Of a stretch of 64,000 bases of DNA, positions 39,197 to 48,795 are shown piece by piece. The stretch's first letter is position 1. Every line of letters starts with the position of its first letter. The notes beneath the pieces were generated by a model, which worked only from the letters and a program-made list of their open reading frames with translations, was not told where the DNA came from and made no database searches. This stretch comes from Candidatus Wolfebacteria bacterium (GTDB lineage: Bacteria; Patescibacteriota; Minisyncoccia; UBA6257; UBA9933): assembly GCA_024654025.1 (NCBI GenBank), contig JANLIR010000003.1, forward strand, positions 1,658 to 65,657, in the 5' to 3' direction. The translations under genes and the position numbers were made by a program.

Positions 39197-39835
39197 ATGA
39201 AAATAGACGTTGTTAATCAAAAAAAAGAAAAAGTGGAAAGCGTTGATTTGCCAGAAAATATTTTTGGCGTCAAATGGAATCCTAAATTGGTTCATCAAGC
39301 GCTTTTGGCGCAACTTGCCAACCGAAGAGAGGCTTGGGCGCACGCAAAAACTCGAGCCGAAGTTCGAGGCGGCGGTAAAAAACCATGGAAACAGAAAGGC
39401 ACCGGTCGCGCAAGACACGGCTCGATAAGATCGCCGATTTGGAAAGGCGGAGGAGCCAGCCACGGACCGCTCAAAGAAAAGAATTATTCAAAAAAAATAA
39501 ATCGAAAAATGAACCGTTTGGCGATTTTATCGACACTGTCCAAGAAATTTTCGGACAACGAATTGTTGGTTGTCGATAAATTCGAAGGAATTGAAAATAA
39601 AACAAAAGAATGGGCAAGAGTTTTAAATAAATTATCCGATATGCGGTCAAGAACGGCGTTGATTTTAGACTCTGCGAATAAAAACGCGGTAAAAGCGGTT
39701 TCTAATATCAAAAAAATCGAGACAATCAGTCCGAATTCGCTCAATGTTTATGATTTGTTAAGAAATAAATTCATTATTTTCGAGAAAAATTCGATTAAAG
39801 AGGTGGAAAAGATTTTCAAAAAAATAACACCGTAA
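39197..39835 (+). CDS. rplD: 50S ribosomal protein L4
   Basis: KTRAEVRGGGKKPWKQKGTGRARHGSIRSP. Confidence 0.97.
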   Translation: MKIDVVNQKKEKVESVDLPENIFGVKWNPKLVHQALLAQLANRREAWAHAKTRAEVRGGGKKPWKQKGTGRARHGSIRSPIWKGGGASHGPLKEKNYSKKINRKMNRLAILSTLSKKFSDNELLVVDKFEGIENKTKEWARVLNKLSDMRSRTALILDSANKNAVKAVSNIKKIETISPNSLNVYDLLRNKFIIFEKNSIKEVEKIFKKITP

Positions 39836-39843
39836 ATTAAGCT

Positions 39844-40191
39844 ATGGCAAAAACCGTTAAAAAAATAAAGAACGAAAATATTTCCATAAATACAAGCGTT
39901 AAGACTGGCAAAAAAAATGTTTTTTTGGTGAAGCACGCGGCAATTACGGAAAAAAGCAGTTTTTTAACCAATCAAAACAAATACGTTTTTGTGGTTGATT
40001 TAAAGGCTAATAAATCGGAAGTTGCCAAGGCCATAAAAGCTATTTATAAAGTTGAGCCTATAAGCGTTAATATGGTTAGTATTAAAGGAAAAACAAAAAG
40101 ATTCGGATCGAAAACCGGCCGGTTGCCGGGCATTAAAAAAGCAATTGTCACTTTAAAGGCGGGCCAGAAAATCGAAATCATGCCGGTATAA
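39844..40191 (+). CDS. rplW: 50S ribosomal protein L23
   Basis: ITEKS, YVF.V...ANK.EV..AI, KKAIVTL. Confidence 0.95.
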   Translation: MAKTVKKIKNENISINTSVKTGKKNVFLVKHAAITEKSSFLTNQNKYVFVVDLKANKSEVAKAIKAIYKVEPISVNMVSIKGKTKRFGSKTGRLPGIKKAIVTLKAGQKIEIMPV

Positions 40192-40208
40192 AACGAATAT
40201 ATAAAAAG

Positions 40209-41030
40209 ATGAAAAAATTCGCACCATCAACTCCATCAAGGAGACAAATGACAATCGTTGATTATTCGGTGATTTCTAAAAAAGAGCCGATGAAAAATAT
40301 GCTGGTTAGATTGCCAAACAGAGGCGGACGCAATAATCAAGGCAGGATAACTATGCGCCATCAAGGAGGGGGCAATAAAAAATTGTACCGCATTATTGAT
40401 TTTAAGCAGAACAAAATCGATATTCCGGGGAAAGTTGAGGCCATTGAATATGATCCGTACAGGACTGCGTTTATCGCCAGAGTTGTTTATATTGACGGCG
40501 AAAGAAGATATATTTTGGCGGCAAAAAATATCAAAGAGGGCGACAGCATTGTTGTTTCCGAAAACGCGCCGCTTAAAGACGGCAACAGAATGCTTTTAAA
40601 AAATATTCCCGTTGGCTATTTTGTCCATAATATTGAGATAAATCCCGGGAAAGGAGGTCAGATAGCCCGAGGAGCCGGTTCCTGGGCTCAAATTTTAGCT
40701 CAGGAGGAGAAATATACTAATTTAAAAATGCCTTCGGGCGAAGTAAGAAAGGTTTTAAATTATTGTTTCGCGTCCATTGGACAAGCATCTAATCCTGATT
40801 ATAATCTGACAAATATTGGAAAGGCCGGCCGAACGCGGCATTGGGGTATACGACCGACAGTTCGAGGTACCGCTATGAATCCGGTTGATCATCCATATGG
40901 CGGCGGAGAAGGAAAACAAAAAAGAGGAACAAAGAGGCCGAAGACTAAATGGGGTAAAGTTACCGGCGGAAGAAAAACCAGAAATAAGAAAAAATGGTCA
41001 AGCGCGTTAATAATAAAACGAAGAAAGTAA
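40209..41030 (+). CDS. rplB: 50S ribosomal protein L2
   Basis: GRNNQGRIT.RHQGGG, EYDP.R, VRGTAMNPVDHP.GGGEG. Confidence 0.98.
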   Translation: MKKFAPSTPSRRQMTIVDYSVISKKEPMKNMLVRLPNRGGRNNQGRITMRHQGGGNKKLYRIIDFKQNKIDIPGKVEAIEYDPYRTAFIARVVYIDGERRYILAAKNIKEGDSIVVSENAPLKDGNRMLLKNIPVGYFVHNIEINPGKGGQIARGAGSWAQILAQEEKYTNLKMPSGEVRKVLNYCFASIGQASNPDYNLTNIGKAGRTRHWGIRPTVRGTAMNPVDHPYGGGEGKQKRGTKRPKTKWGKVTGGRKTRNKKKWSSALIIKRRK

Positions 41031-41039
41031 TTAATTTAT

Positions 41040-41351
41040 ATGAGTAGAAGTTCAAAAAAAGGCCCATACGTAGATCCGAAGTTGTTGAAAAAGATTGCCA
41101 AATTAAGTCTGGGCGATAAAACCGTTATTAAGACTTGGTCTAGAGATTCCGAAATATCACCGGAGATGGTTGGGTTTGTTTTTGGGGTTCACAACGGCAA
41201 GGATTTTATTTCGGTGAGAGTCTCAGAAGAGATGGTGGGGCATCGTTTGGGGGAATTTTCTTTGACCAGAAAATTTGTGAAGCACGGCGGGAAAATACAA
41301 AGAGAGATAGAAAAGAAAGCCGAAGCTCCAAAGCCGCCCGTATCCAAATAA
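41040..41351 (+). CDS. rpsS: 30S ribosomal protein S19
   Basis: [31 protein letters not shown]. Confidence 0.97.
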   Translation: MSRSSKKGPYVDPKLLKKIAKLSLGDKTVIKTWSRDSEISPEMVGFVFGVHNGKDFISVRVSEEMVGHRLGEFSLTRKFVKHGGKIQREIEKKAEAPKPPVSK

Positions 41352-41354
41352 AAC

Positions 41355-41879
41355 ATGATTACTGAAACTGTAAAATTGAATCATTTAAAAATGGCGCCTC
41401 GCAAAGTCCGATTGGTTGCCAATTCGCTCAAGGGTTTATCGGTTAATGAAGCCGAGGCCCAACTTTTGATTTCAGCGAAAAGGACTTCAGGGCCCTTACT
41501 TAAGCTTTTGCGGTCAGCGGCGGCTAATTTAAAAAATAATAAAAAAGTGGAAGCGGATAAATTTTTTATAAAAGAGATTAGAGTTGACGGAGGGCCCATG
41601 TTAAAAAGATGGATGCCCAGAGCGCAGGGAAGGGCAACGCCTATCCAGAAAAAAAGCAGCCACATTACTCTTATTTTGGCCCAATTGGAAAAGCAAAAGG
41701 CGCCAAGGTTCACTATTATTAAAAAAGAAAAAATCAGCAAGCTTAAATTTGAAAAAATGAAAGAAAAATCAAAACATAAAGATCAAGAAATGGAAGGAGT
41801 GTTAAAGCCGAAAAAAGAAACCAAAGGATCGGAGAAGCCCGGTTTTGTAAAAAGAATATTTAATCGAAAAGCAATTTAA
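41355..41879 (+). CDS. rplV: 50S ribosomal protein L22 with basic C-terminal extension
   Basis: PRKVRLVA, LL.SA.AN, VDGGP.LKR..PRAQGRA. Confidence 0.95.
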   Translation: MITETVKLNHLKMAPRKVRLVANSLKGLSVNEAEAQLLISAKRTSGPLLKLLRSAAANLKNNKKVEADKFFIKEIRVDGGPMLKRWMPRAQGRATPIQKKSSHITLILAQLEKQKAPRFTIIKKEKISKLKFEKMKEKSKHKDQEMEGVLKPKKETKGSEKPGFVKRIFNRKAI

Positions 41880-41885
41880 TTAACT

Positions 41886-42569
41886 ATGGGACAAAAAATA
41901 AAACCAAATTCATTTAGATTGGGGATTATCAGAGATTGGAATTCCAGATGGTTTCCCAAAAAAGGCGGTTTCAAAACATTTTTAGAAGAGGATGTTTTGA
42001 TTAGGGATATAATCAAGAAAAAAATCGGACTTGCCGGCATTGATCAGGTTTTGATAGAAAGATCGGGAAATGGCTGCAGAATTTCGATAAGAGCGGCAAA
42101 GCCGGGACTTATCATTGGAAGAGGCGGAAAGGGCATTGAGGATTTGATTAATTTGATAAAGCGAAACCTTACTAAACTTCGTAAAGAAAAAGGAACAACC
42201 GAACAAGTTTCAATCAGTTTAAATATTGAAGAAATCAAAAGAAGTGAAGTTTCGGCATCTGTTGTTGCGCAAAATATCGCTAAAGATTTGGAAAGAAGAA
42301 TGCCTTTCAGGAGGCTTATCAAAAAATACCTCGAATCTATTTTACAAAATCGGGAAGTGAAAGGCGCTAAAATAAAAGTTGCCGGCAGATTAGATGGAGC
42401 GGAAATCGCGCGCAATGAACATTTGGCAAAGGGTAATTTACCGCTTCAAACTTTAAGGACGAATATAGATTATGGCCAAGCGACGGCCCATACGACTTAC
42501 GGGACAATCGGAGTAAAGGTTTGGATAAATAAAGGAGAAGTGTTTGAAAAAAAAATAAATCCACAATAA
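41886..42569 (+). CDS. rpsC: 30S ribosomal protein S3
   Basis: [39 protein letters not shown]. Confidence 0.98.
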   Translation: MGQKIKPNSFRLGIIRDWNSRWFPKKGGFKTFLEEDVLIRDIIKKKIGLAGIDQVLIERSGNGCRISIRAAKPGLIIGRGGKGIEDLINLIKRNLTKLRKEKGTTEQVSISLNIEEIKRSEVSASVVAQNIAKDLERRMPFRRLIKKYLESILQNREVKGAKIKVAGRLDGAEIARNEHLAKGNLPLQTLRTNIDYGQATAHTTYGTIGVKVWINKGEVFEKKINPQ

Positions 42570-42572
42570 ATT

Positions 42573-42986
42573 ATGTTATTGCCAAAAAAAGTTAAACATA
42601 GAAAATGGCAGAAAGGCAGATCCAAAGGCAGGAAGGTGGAAACGAGAGGGATCACGTTAAGTTACGGGAGTTTTGGCCTTCAGGCGACTGAGGGCGCTTG
42701 GGTTAATTCCAGACAAATAGAGGCAGCCAGAAAAGCCATCACCTTTTTTACGAAGAAAGGCGGAAAAATGTGGATCAGGATTTTTCCCGATAAACCGATA
42801 ACCAAAAAACCGCCGGAAGTAACCCTTGGAGGAGGAAAAGGCGCTGTTGACCACTATGTTTTTCCGGTTAGGCCGGGACGAGTTCTTTTTGAGGTTGACG
42901 GGGTGAAAGAAGATGTTGCTAAAGAGGCATTAAAGCGAGCCGGCCATAAGCTTCCAGTTAAAACAAAAATTATTTCAAAAGTATGA
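42573..42986 (+). CDS. rplP: 50S ribosomal protein L16
   Basis: [24 protein letters not shown]. Confidence 0.97.
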   Translation: MLLPKKVKHRKWQKGRSKGRKVETRGITLSYGSFGLQATEGAWVNSRQIEAARKAITFFTKKGGKMWIRIFPDKPITKKPPEVTLGGGKGAVDHYVFPVRPGRVLFEVDGVKEDVAKEALKRAGHKLPVKTKIISKV

Positions 42987-43180
42987 AGAGAAAAGAATTT
43001 TTGGAATTAAAAAACAGCCCGATGGCGGAATTAGAAAAGAAACTGCCCGAATTTCGGGAAAAATTGAGATCGCTTAGTTTTGATTTAGCGGCGGGCAAAG
43101 TAAAAAACGCGCGAGAAATAAAGGAAATCAAAAAGGCAATCGCCAGAATTTTAACCATATTAAAGGAAAATCAAAAATAA
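42983..43180 (+). CDS. rpmC: 50S ribosomal protein L29
   Basis: IKK.IARILT; position between rplP and rpsQ. Confidence 0.92.
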   Translation: MKRKEFLELKNSPMAELEKKLPEFREKLRSLSFDLAAGKVKNAREIKEIKKAIARILTILKENQK

Positions 43181-43186
43181 TTTATG

Positions 43187-43329
43187 CCCAGTATTACAAC
43201 TTCGACGAATTCTCTATAAAAATTTTTGAGGATTTTAGAAGAAACAATATTAGGCAAAAAATAAAAAAATATTAATTAACCATCAACTTCGAGAATTAAT
43301 CCAAAAATAATCGAAGTTGTAATACTGGG
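43187..43329. mobile_element. Start-codon hairpin element copy 1 (143 bp, TATG duplication) before rpsQ
   Basis: Perfect 19-bp TIR CCCAGTATTACAACTTCGA / TCGAAGTTGTAATACTGGG; TATG at 43183 and 43330. Confidence 0.88.
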
Positions 43330-43330
43330 T

Positions 43331-43561
43331 ATGAAAAGAAAATTAAAAGGAACCGTTGTTTCCGATAAAATGCAAAAAACCAGAGTTGTTGAGGTCGAAA
43401 GATTTATTAAGCACCCGAAGTACCTAAAATATTTCAAGTCATCGAATAGGTTTAAGGCGCATGATGAAAATAACGAATACAAAGCCGGTGACCGTGTTGT
43501 TATTGAAGAAACAAGGCCGCTTAGCAAGGAAAAACGATGGAAGATAATTTCTAAAATATAA
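43331..43561 (+). CDS. rpsQ: 30S ribosomal protein S17
   Basis: G.VVSDKM.KT..V, HPKY.K, AHDE.N, ETRPLSK.KRW. Confidence 0.97.
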   Translation: MKRKLKGTVVSDKMQKTRVVEVERFIKHPKYLKYFKSSNRFKAHDENNEYKAGDRVVIEETRPLSKEKRWKIISKI

Positions 43562-43576
43562 AACAGCAATAACACC

Positions 43577-43945
43577 ATGATACAAGAAAGATCAGTATTA
43601 AAAGTTGCCGATAATAGCGGGGCTAAAATAATCCGCTGTTTTAGAATTTTGGGAGGCAGCCGGAAACGATATGCGCGTTTAGGTGAGATTTTTATTGCCT
43701 CAGTGCAAGAAGCGGAGCCGCGGAAAAATATAAAAAAGAAGGACATTGTAAAAGCGGTTTTGGTTAGGCAGCGCAAAGCTTTAAGAAGGGCTGACGGTTC
43801 TTACGTAAAATTCGACGAGAACGCGGCTGTTTTAATAAACGTAAAAAAAGAGCCGATTGGCACAAGAATTTTCGGACCAATCCCGAGAGAATTAAAAGAG
43901 AAAGGATTTGAAAAAATAGTAACGATGGCTGAAGAGATAGTTTAA
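43577..43945 (+). CDS. rplN: 50S ribosomal protein L14
   Basis: VADNSGAK, FDENAAVLI, GTRIFGP. Confidence 0.97.
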   Translation: MIQERSVLKVADNSGAKIIRCFRILGGSRKRYARLGEIFIASVQEAEPRKNIKKKDIVKAVLVRQRKALRRADGSYVKFDENAAVLINVKKEPIGTRIFGPIPRELKEKGFEKIVTMAEEIV

Positions 43946-43950
43946 AAAAT

Positions 43951-44256
43951 ATGAATATTAAGAAAAACGACACGATAAAAATAATAGTTGGCAAAGACAG
44001 GGGAAAGACGGGGAAAATAACGAAAGTTTTTGAAAGCACGGGAAAAGTTTTGGTGGACGGAGTGAATTTATTTAAAAAACACATTCGTCCGAAAAAAGAA
44101 GGAGAAAAAGGGCAAACCGTGGAAATTTCCCGGCCGCTTGATTCGTCCAATGTCATGCTGGTTTGTCCCAATTGCGGTAAACCAACAAGGATAGGCTTTA
44201 TAAGGGAAGAAAAAAACAAATTTAGAATTTGCAAAAAGTGCAATTCCAGAATTTAA
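43951..44256 (+). CDS. rplX: 50S ribosomal protein L24
   Basis: KOW motif IKK.D....GKDRGK.G, V.VDGVN. Confidence 0.96.
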   Translation: MNIKKNDTIKIIVGKDRGKTGKITKVFESTGKVLVDGVNLFKKHIRPKKEGEKGQTVEISRPLDSSNVMLVCPNCGKPTRIGFIREEKNKFRICKKCNSRI

Positions 44257-44263
44257 TTTTATG

Positions 44264-44403
44264 CCCAGTATTACAACTTCGACGAATTCTCTATAAAATT
44301 TTTGAGTATTTTAGAATAAACAATACTAGGTAAAAATAAAAAACATTAATTAATAATCAATTTCGAGAATTAACCCAAAAATAATCGAAATTGTAATACT
44401 GGG
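44264..44403. mobile_element. Start-codon hairpin element copy 2 (140 bp, TATG duplication) before rplE
   Basis: Same TIR and internal sequence as copy 1; TATG at 44260 and 44404. Confidence 0.88.
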
Positions 44404-44404
44404 T

Positions 44405-44962
44405 ATGAAAAACGTTAATTTAAAGGAAAAATATCAGAAAGAAATTATCCCCAAAATGAAGGAGATTTTTGGTTATCGCAATAATTTAATGGCGCCTAGA
44501 ATTGAGAAGGTGATTATTAACGTTGGGATCGGCAGATTAAGCCAGCAGGCTTCTTTTAACGATAAAATTTTGCCTGAAGTGATAAACGCGATTTCTACCA
44601 TAACAGGACAAAAACCTCAGACGGCTCCGGCAAAAAAATCAATTGCCAGTTTTAAAATACGGACCGGCCAAACTGTTGGACTCAAAGTAACGCTAAGAGG
44701 AAATAGAATGTATGATTTTTTGGATAGGTTGGTTAAGATTGTTTTTCCTCGAGTAAGAGATTTTAGGGGAATTGATATTAAAAATATTGACCAGGGAGGT
44801 AATCTTTCAATTGGCCTTAAAGAACATTTGGTTTTTCCTGAAATAAGTTCGGAAACTTCGAGAGTTGATTTTGGTTTGCAAGTTGTTATTGTGAGTAATG
44901 CCGAAAAACGAGAAGAAGCAATTGAGTTGTATAAATTAATCGGCATACCGTTTAAAAAATAG
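44405..44962 (+). CDS. rplE: 50S ribosomal protein L5
   Basis: [35 protein letters not shown]. Confidence 0.97.
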   Translation: MKNVNLKEKYQKEIIPKMKEIFGYRNNLMAPRIEKVIINVGIGRLSQQASFNDKILPEVINAISTITGQKPQTAPAKKSIASFKIRTGQTVGLKVTLRGNRMYDFLDRLVKIVFPRVRDFRGIDIKNIDQGGNLSIGLKEHLVFPEISSETSRVDFGLQVVIVSNAEKREEAIELYKLIGIPFKK

Positions 44963-44966
44963 TAAT

Positions 44967-45152
44967 ATGGCAAAAAAATCCGTAATCGCAAGATCAAAAA
45001 AACCGCCTAAATTTTCCACCCGAGCAGTTTCCAGGTGTTTTAAATGCGGACGTAAAAGAGGATATTTGAGAGATTTCGGATTGTGTCGAATTTGTTTTCG
45101 AGAAATGGCTTCGCAAGGAGAAATTCCCGGAGTAAAGAAAGCTTCGTGGTAA
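44967..45152 (+). CDS. rpsZ: 30S ribosomal protein S14, type Z (Zn-binding)
   Basis: RCFKCGR.R...[21 protein letters not shown]. Confidence 0.96.
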   Translation: MAKKSVIARSKKPPKFSTRAVSRCFKCGRKRGYLRDFGLCRICFREMASQGEIPGVKKASW

Positions 45153-45156
45153 AAAT

Positions 45157-45540
45157 ATGTTTATAAATACACTGATACAAATAAAAAACGCGCAAGCCGC
45201 TAAAAAAGAAACGGTTAAATTGTGGTTTTCAAAAAACAATGAAGTTCTTTTGAAAGTTTTATCAGATAATAAATATTTAGACAGTTTTGATAAAAAAGGA
45301 AGAGGACATAAAAAAGTTATTGTTGCGAAATTAAAATACGACAAAGAAGGAAGCCCGGCCATTGGCGGCATAAAAATTGTAAGCAAGCCCTCGCGTCATA
45401 TTTACGCGGGTTATAAAGATATGAAAAAGGTTAAGAACGGTTATGGGTTATTGATTGTTTCCACATCAAAAGGAGTAATGACTGGTCTTGAGGCCAGAAA
45501 GTCAAAATTGGGAGGAGAAATATTATTTGAAATTTGGTAA
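45157..45540 (+). CDS. rpsH: 30S ribosomal protein S8
   Basis: IKNA, VSKPS...Y, G.LIVSTSKGVMT..EAR..KLGGE. Confidence 0.95.
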   Translation: MFINTLIQIKNAQAAKKETVKLWFSKNNEVLLKVLSDNKYLDSFDKKGRGHKKVIVAKLKYDKEGSPAIGGIKIVSKPSRHIYAGYKDMKKVKNGYGLLIVSTSKGVMTGLEARKSKLGGEILFEIW

Positions 45541-45547
45541 TTTTAAT

Positions 45548-46120
45548 ATGAGTAAAATAGGCAAAAAACCGATAATAATTCCAGAAGGAGTGACCGTTGA
45601 AATAAAAGACGGATTTTTGGAAATCACGAAAGGACACGATTCCCATAAAATTAAAATTTTGCCGTTTATTGAAGCGGAAATCGGCGAGGAACAAATTAAA
45701 GAAGGAGAAGGAGAGCGGAAAATTTTGAAATTCAAAAAATCCGCGAACATGAAATCCGCGCAAGCTAATTGGGGCACGATGAGAGCCACGGCTCAAAACG
45801 CGGTGGACGGATTAATTACGGGCTTTTCTAAAAATCTTGCAATTGAGGGAATAGGATATCGAGCGAATTTAGAAGGAGAAAATCTTGTTTTGAGTTTAGG
45901 ATTTTCTCATCCAATTAAATTTACGCCGCCAAAAGGCATAAAAATATTGGTTGAAAAAAACGTGATTAAAGTTTCGGGATTCGATAAGATTTTGGTTGGG
46001 CAGGCGGCGGCGAATATCCGCGCTTTTAAAAAACCCGAACCTTATAAAGGAAAGGGTATTAGGTATGAAAACGAGGTGGTAAGAAGAAAATCCGTCAAAA
46101 AAGCAGTTGGCACAAAATAA
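45548..46120 (+). CDS. rplF: 50S ribosomal protein L6
   Basis: MSKIGKKPI.IP, G.GYRA, LGFSHP, PEPYKGKGIRY. Confidence 0.97.
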   Translation: MSKIGKKPIIIPEGVTVEIKDGFLEITKGHDSHKIKILPFIEAEIGEEQIKEGEGERKILKFKKSANMKSAQANWGTMRATAQNAVDGLITGFSKNLAIEGIGYRANLEGENLVLSLGFSHPIKFTPPKGIKILVEKNVIKVSGFDKILVGQAAANIRAFKKPEPYKGKGIRYENEVVRRKSVKKAVGTK

Positions 46121-46124
46121 ACGT

Positions 46125-46487
46125 ATGAATCGAACGAAAAATATAAATAAAAAAATAGAAAGAAGGAAGAAAAGGACCAGGAGTAAAATATTGGGCACGG
46201 CGAAAAAGCCGCGGCTTTCGGTTTTCCGCAGCAATCGTTTTACTTATGTCCAGCTTATTGACGATGAAAACGGCAAAACATTATTAAGCGCTTCGACAAA
46301 GTCTTTCAGTAAAAAAGAAACGTCTTTAAAACAGCTTGAGCAAGCTAAATTATTGGGAAAACTTTTAGCTTCGGGAGCGGTGGAAAAAGGTTTTAACGAA
46401 GTGATTTTTGACCGGGGAAGTTATAAATACCACGGGAAAATAAAATCAGTCGCTGAAGGAGCGCGCGAAGGAGGCTTAAAATTTTAA
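46125..46487 (+). CDS. rplR: 50S ribosomal protein L18
   Basis: PRLSVFRSN, QLIDD, FDRG.YKYHG, AREGGL.F. Confidence 0.96.
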   Translation: MNRTKNINKKIERRKKRTRSKILGTAKKPRLSVFRSNRFTYVQLIDDENGKTLLSASTKSFSKKETSLKQLEQAKLLGKLLASGAVEKGFNEVIFDRGSYKYHGKIKSVAEGAREGGLKF

Positions 46488-46500
46488 TTTAAAATTATTC

Positions 46501-46962
46501 ATGTATCACAAAGACACCATAAAGAAAAAATCGGATTATAAAGAAAAAGTTTTGGAATTAAGAAGAGTATCAAGAGTTGTCTCCGGAGGAAAGAGATTTA
46601 GTTTTAGAGCTACTGTTGTTATAGGAAACGAAAAAGGCTCTGTTGGCGTGGGCGTTTCCAAAGGGCATGACGTTGCCCAGTCGATTGATAAAGCTAAATC
46701 AGACGCCAAAAAGAATTTAATCCATGTATCGCTAAAAGGAAGAACAATACCTCATGAAGTTGAAGCAAAATACAGCGCTGCCAGAGTGAGGATAAAGCCA
46801 GCTAGGCCCGGGCACGGACTTCGAGCCGGAGGAGCGGCTAGAAACGTTTTGCTTTTGGCCGGAGTAAAAGACGCCAGCGCTAAATTGCTGGGAACGACTA
46901 AAAACAAATTGACAAACGCATTTGCTACGCTGGAGGCGCTTAAACAAATAAAGAAAAAATAA
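46501..46962 (+). CDS. rpsE: 30S ribosomal protein S5
   Basis: RV.RVV.GG.RFSF, VG.G..KG, PA..G.G..AGG. Confidence 0.96.
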   Translation: MYHKDTIKKKSDYKEKVLELRRVSRVVSGGKRFSFRATVVIGNEKGSVGVGVSKGHDVAQSIDKAKSDAKKNLIHVSLKGRTIPHEVEAKYSAARVRIKPARPGHGLRAGGAARNVLLLAGVKDASAKLLGTTKNKLTNAFATLEALKQIKKK

Positions 46963-46967
46963 ATATG

Positions 46968-47109
46968 CCCAGTATTATAACTTCGACGAATTCTCTATTA
47001 AAATTTTTGAGGATTTTAGAAAAGGCAATATTGGGCAAAAAATAAAAAACATTAATTAACCATCAATTTCGAGAATTAACTCAAAAATAGTCGAAATTGT
47101 AATACTGGG
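46968..47109. mobile_element. Start-codon hairpin element copy 3 (142 bp, TATG duplication) before rplO
   Basis: Same family; TATG at 46964 and 47110. Confidence 0.88.
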
Positions 47110-47110
47110 T

Positions 47111-47530
47111 ATGCAACTCCATCAATTAAAAACCAAAAATAAGTTAAAAGATAAGAAAAGAGTAGGCAGAGGCGGAAAGCGGGGTACGACTTCGGGGAAA
47201 GGCCAGAAGGGCCAGAAATCCCGCGCCGGTCACAGAATACGGCCGGCTATCAGGGATTTTTTGATGAGAATTCCTAAACTTCGCGGATCTAAAAATAAGC
47301 CGACAAGCTCTAAATTTGTTCCGGTTAATTTAAATACTTTGGAAAAGAAAATAAAAGAGGCTGTAATAGACCGGCAAATTTTGATAAAATATAATATCAT
47401 TAAGGGTTCGGAAAAAAATATAATTGTTTTAGGAAGCGGCGATTTAAAGCGGGCGCTTGAAATAAAAGGACTCAAAGTTTCGCAAAGCGCTAAAAAGAAA
47501 ATAGAAGAAGCGGGAGGGAAAATAACATGA
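47111..47530 (+). CDS. rplO: 50S ribosomal protein L15
   Basis: RVGRGG..G.TSGKGQKGQKSR.G, LG.G, S.SA..KIE.AGG. Confidence 0.96.
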   Translation: MQLHQLKTKNKLKDKKRVGRGGKRGTTSGKGQKGQKSRAGHRIRPAIRDFLMRIPKLRGSKNKPTSSKFVPVNLNTLEKKIKEAVIDRQILIKYNIIKGSEKNIIVLGSGDLKRALEIKGLKVSQSAKKKIEEAGGKIT

Positions 47531-48795
47531 ACTTTTCCAAGTTTTTCCAAGTTTTCAAAATAAAAGATCTTCGCGACAAGGTTTTAATGGTGGCGTTTCT
47601 TTTGTTGTGTTTTCGAATTTTAGCGGTTATTCCAATTCCCGGCATCGACCAAGTTGCTTTAAAAAATTTCTTCGGTTCCAATCAGCTGTTTAATTTTTTG
47701 GGCATAATGGCCGGAAGCACATTGAGTAATCTTTCAATAGTGATGATGGGAGTAAGCCCTTATATTACTTCTACCATCATAATGCAGCTTCTGACCATGA
47801 TATTTCCGCGACTCAAGGAAATGTATTACGAAGAAGGCGCGGTTGGCAGAGCAAAATTCAACCGCTATTCGCGAATTTTAACAGTTCCTCTTGGTATACT
47901 TCAGGCATACGGGTTTCTCAATTTGCTTAGCTCTAAAAACGCTGTTCATTTCAACGGGTCGTTTGATCTTATTAAAAACGTCATTATTGTGACAGCCGGT
48001 TCTATGATTGTAATGTGGGTTGGCGAGCTTATTACCGAGCAAAAAATAGGCAATGGCGTTTCGCTTTTAATTTTTGCGGGCATTGTTAGTAGCGTTCCTA
48101 ACGTTATCGTTTCGCTCATAGCGTCTTATAGCCCGGAAGTGCTAGTTACTTATATCGGTTTTGCGATTATGGCGATTTTTGTTATTGCCGGCGTTGTTTT
48201 AGTTAATGAAGGAGAAAGAAAAATTCCAATTTCTTACGCCAAGCAAGTAAGAGGCAATAAAATGTACGGGGGCGTTTCAAGCTACCTGCCGATAAAAGTG
48301 AACCAGGCTGGAGTAATTCCGATAATTTTTGCTATTTCAGTGCTTCTTTTCCCGCAATTTATAGCTCAAATAAGTTCGGTTTTTTCAAAAAGTTTTTCAT
48401 TAAAAATGATTGACTGGGTAAATGCCGTTTTTAATAACGTGTATATTCACAGCGCGTTTTATTTTGTTTTAGTTGTTGTTTTCACGTATTTTTATACCGC
48501 TATTACTTTTGATCCAAAAGAGATTTCCAAAAACCTTCAAAGATTCGGCGGGTTTATAACGGGCATCCGGCCTGGCGAATCAACCGCTATTTTTCTTTCT
48601 AAAGTTACCAGCCGTATTATTCTTTGGGGCGCCGTATTTTTGGGATTAATCGCGATATTGCCTAATGTGGTTCAAATCATCACGGGACTTAATTTTTTGA
48701 CTATCGGCGGTACGGCGATTTTGATAGTCGTTTCGGTTGCGCTGGAAACAATAAAACAAATTGATTCTCAATTAGTGATGCGCGAATATGAATAA
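47527..48795 (+). CDS. secY: Preprotein translocase subunit SecY
   Basis: IPIPGID, GV.PYITS.II.QLL, IGNGVSLLIF.GI, N.AGVIP.IFA, GIRPG..T, GGT..LI.V.V. Confidence 0.98.
   Translation: MNFSKFFQVFKIKDLRDKVLMVAFLLLCFRILAVIPIPGIDQVALKNFFGSNQLFNFLGIMAGSTLSNLSIVMMGVSPYITSTIIMQLLTMIFPRLKEMYYEEGAVGRAKFNRYSRILTVPLGILQAYGFLNLLSSKNAVHFNGSFDLIKNVIIVTAGSMIVMWVGELITEQKIGNGVSLLIFAGIVSSVPNVIVSLIASYSPEVLVTYIGFAIMAIFVIAGVVLVNEGERKIPISYAKQVRGNKMYGGVSSYLPIKVNQAGVIPIIFAISVLLFPQFIAQISSVFSKSFSLKMIDWVNAVFNNVYIHSAFYFVLVVVFTYFYTAITFDPKEISKNLQRFGGFITGIRPGESTAIFLSKVTSRIILWGAVFLGLIAILPNVVQIITGLNFLTIGGTAILIVVSVALETIKQIDSQLVMREYE

Noticed and set aside
46960-47111. Absence of L30 as a novelty
   Set aside because: Known general trait of CPR bacteria; used only as taxonomic evidence.
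43183-47113. Repeats as a CRISPR array
   Set aside because: Units are ~140 bp, separated by whole genes, and no cas genes are present.
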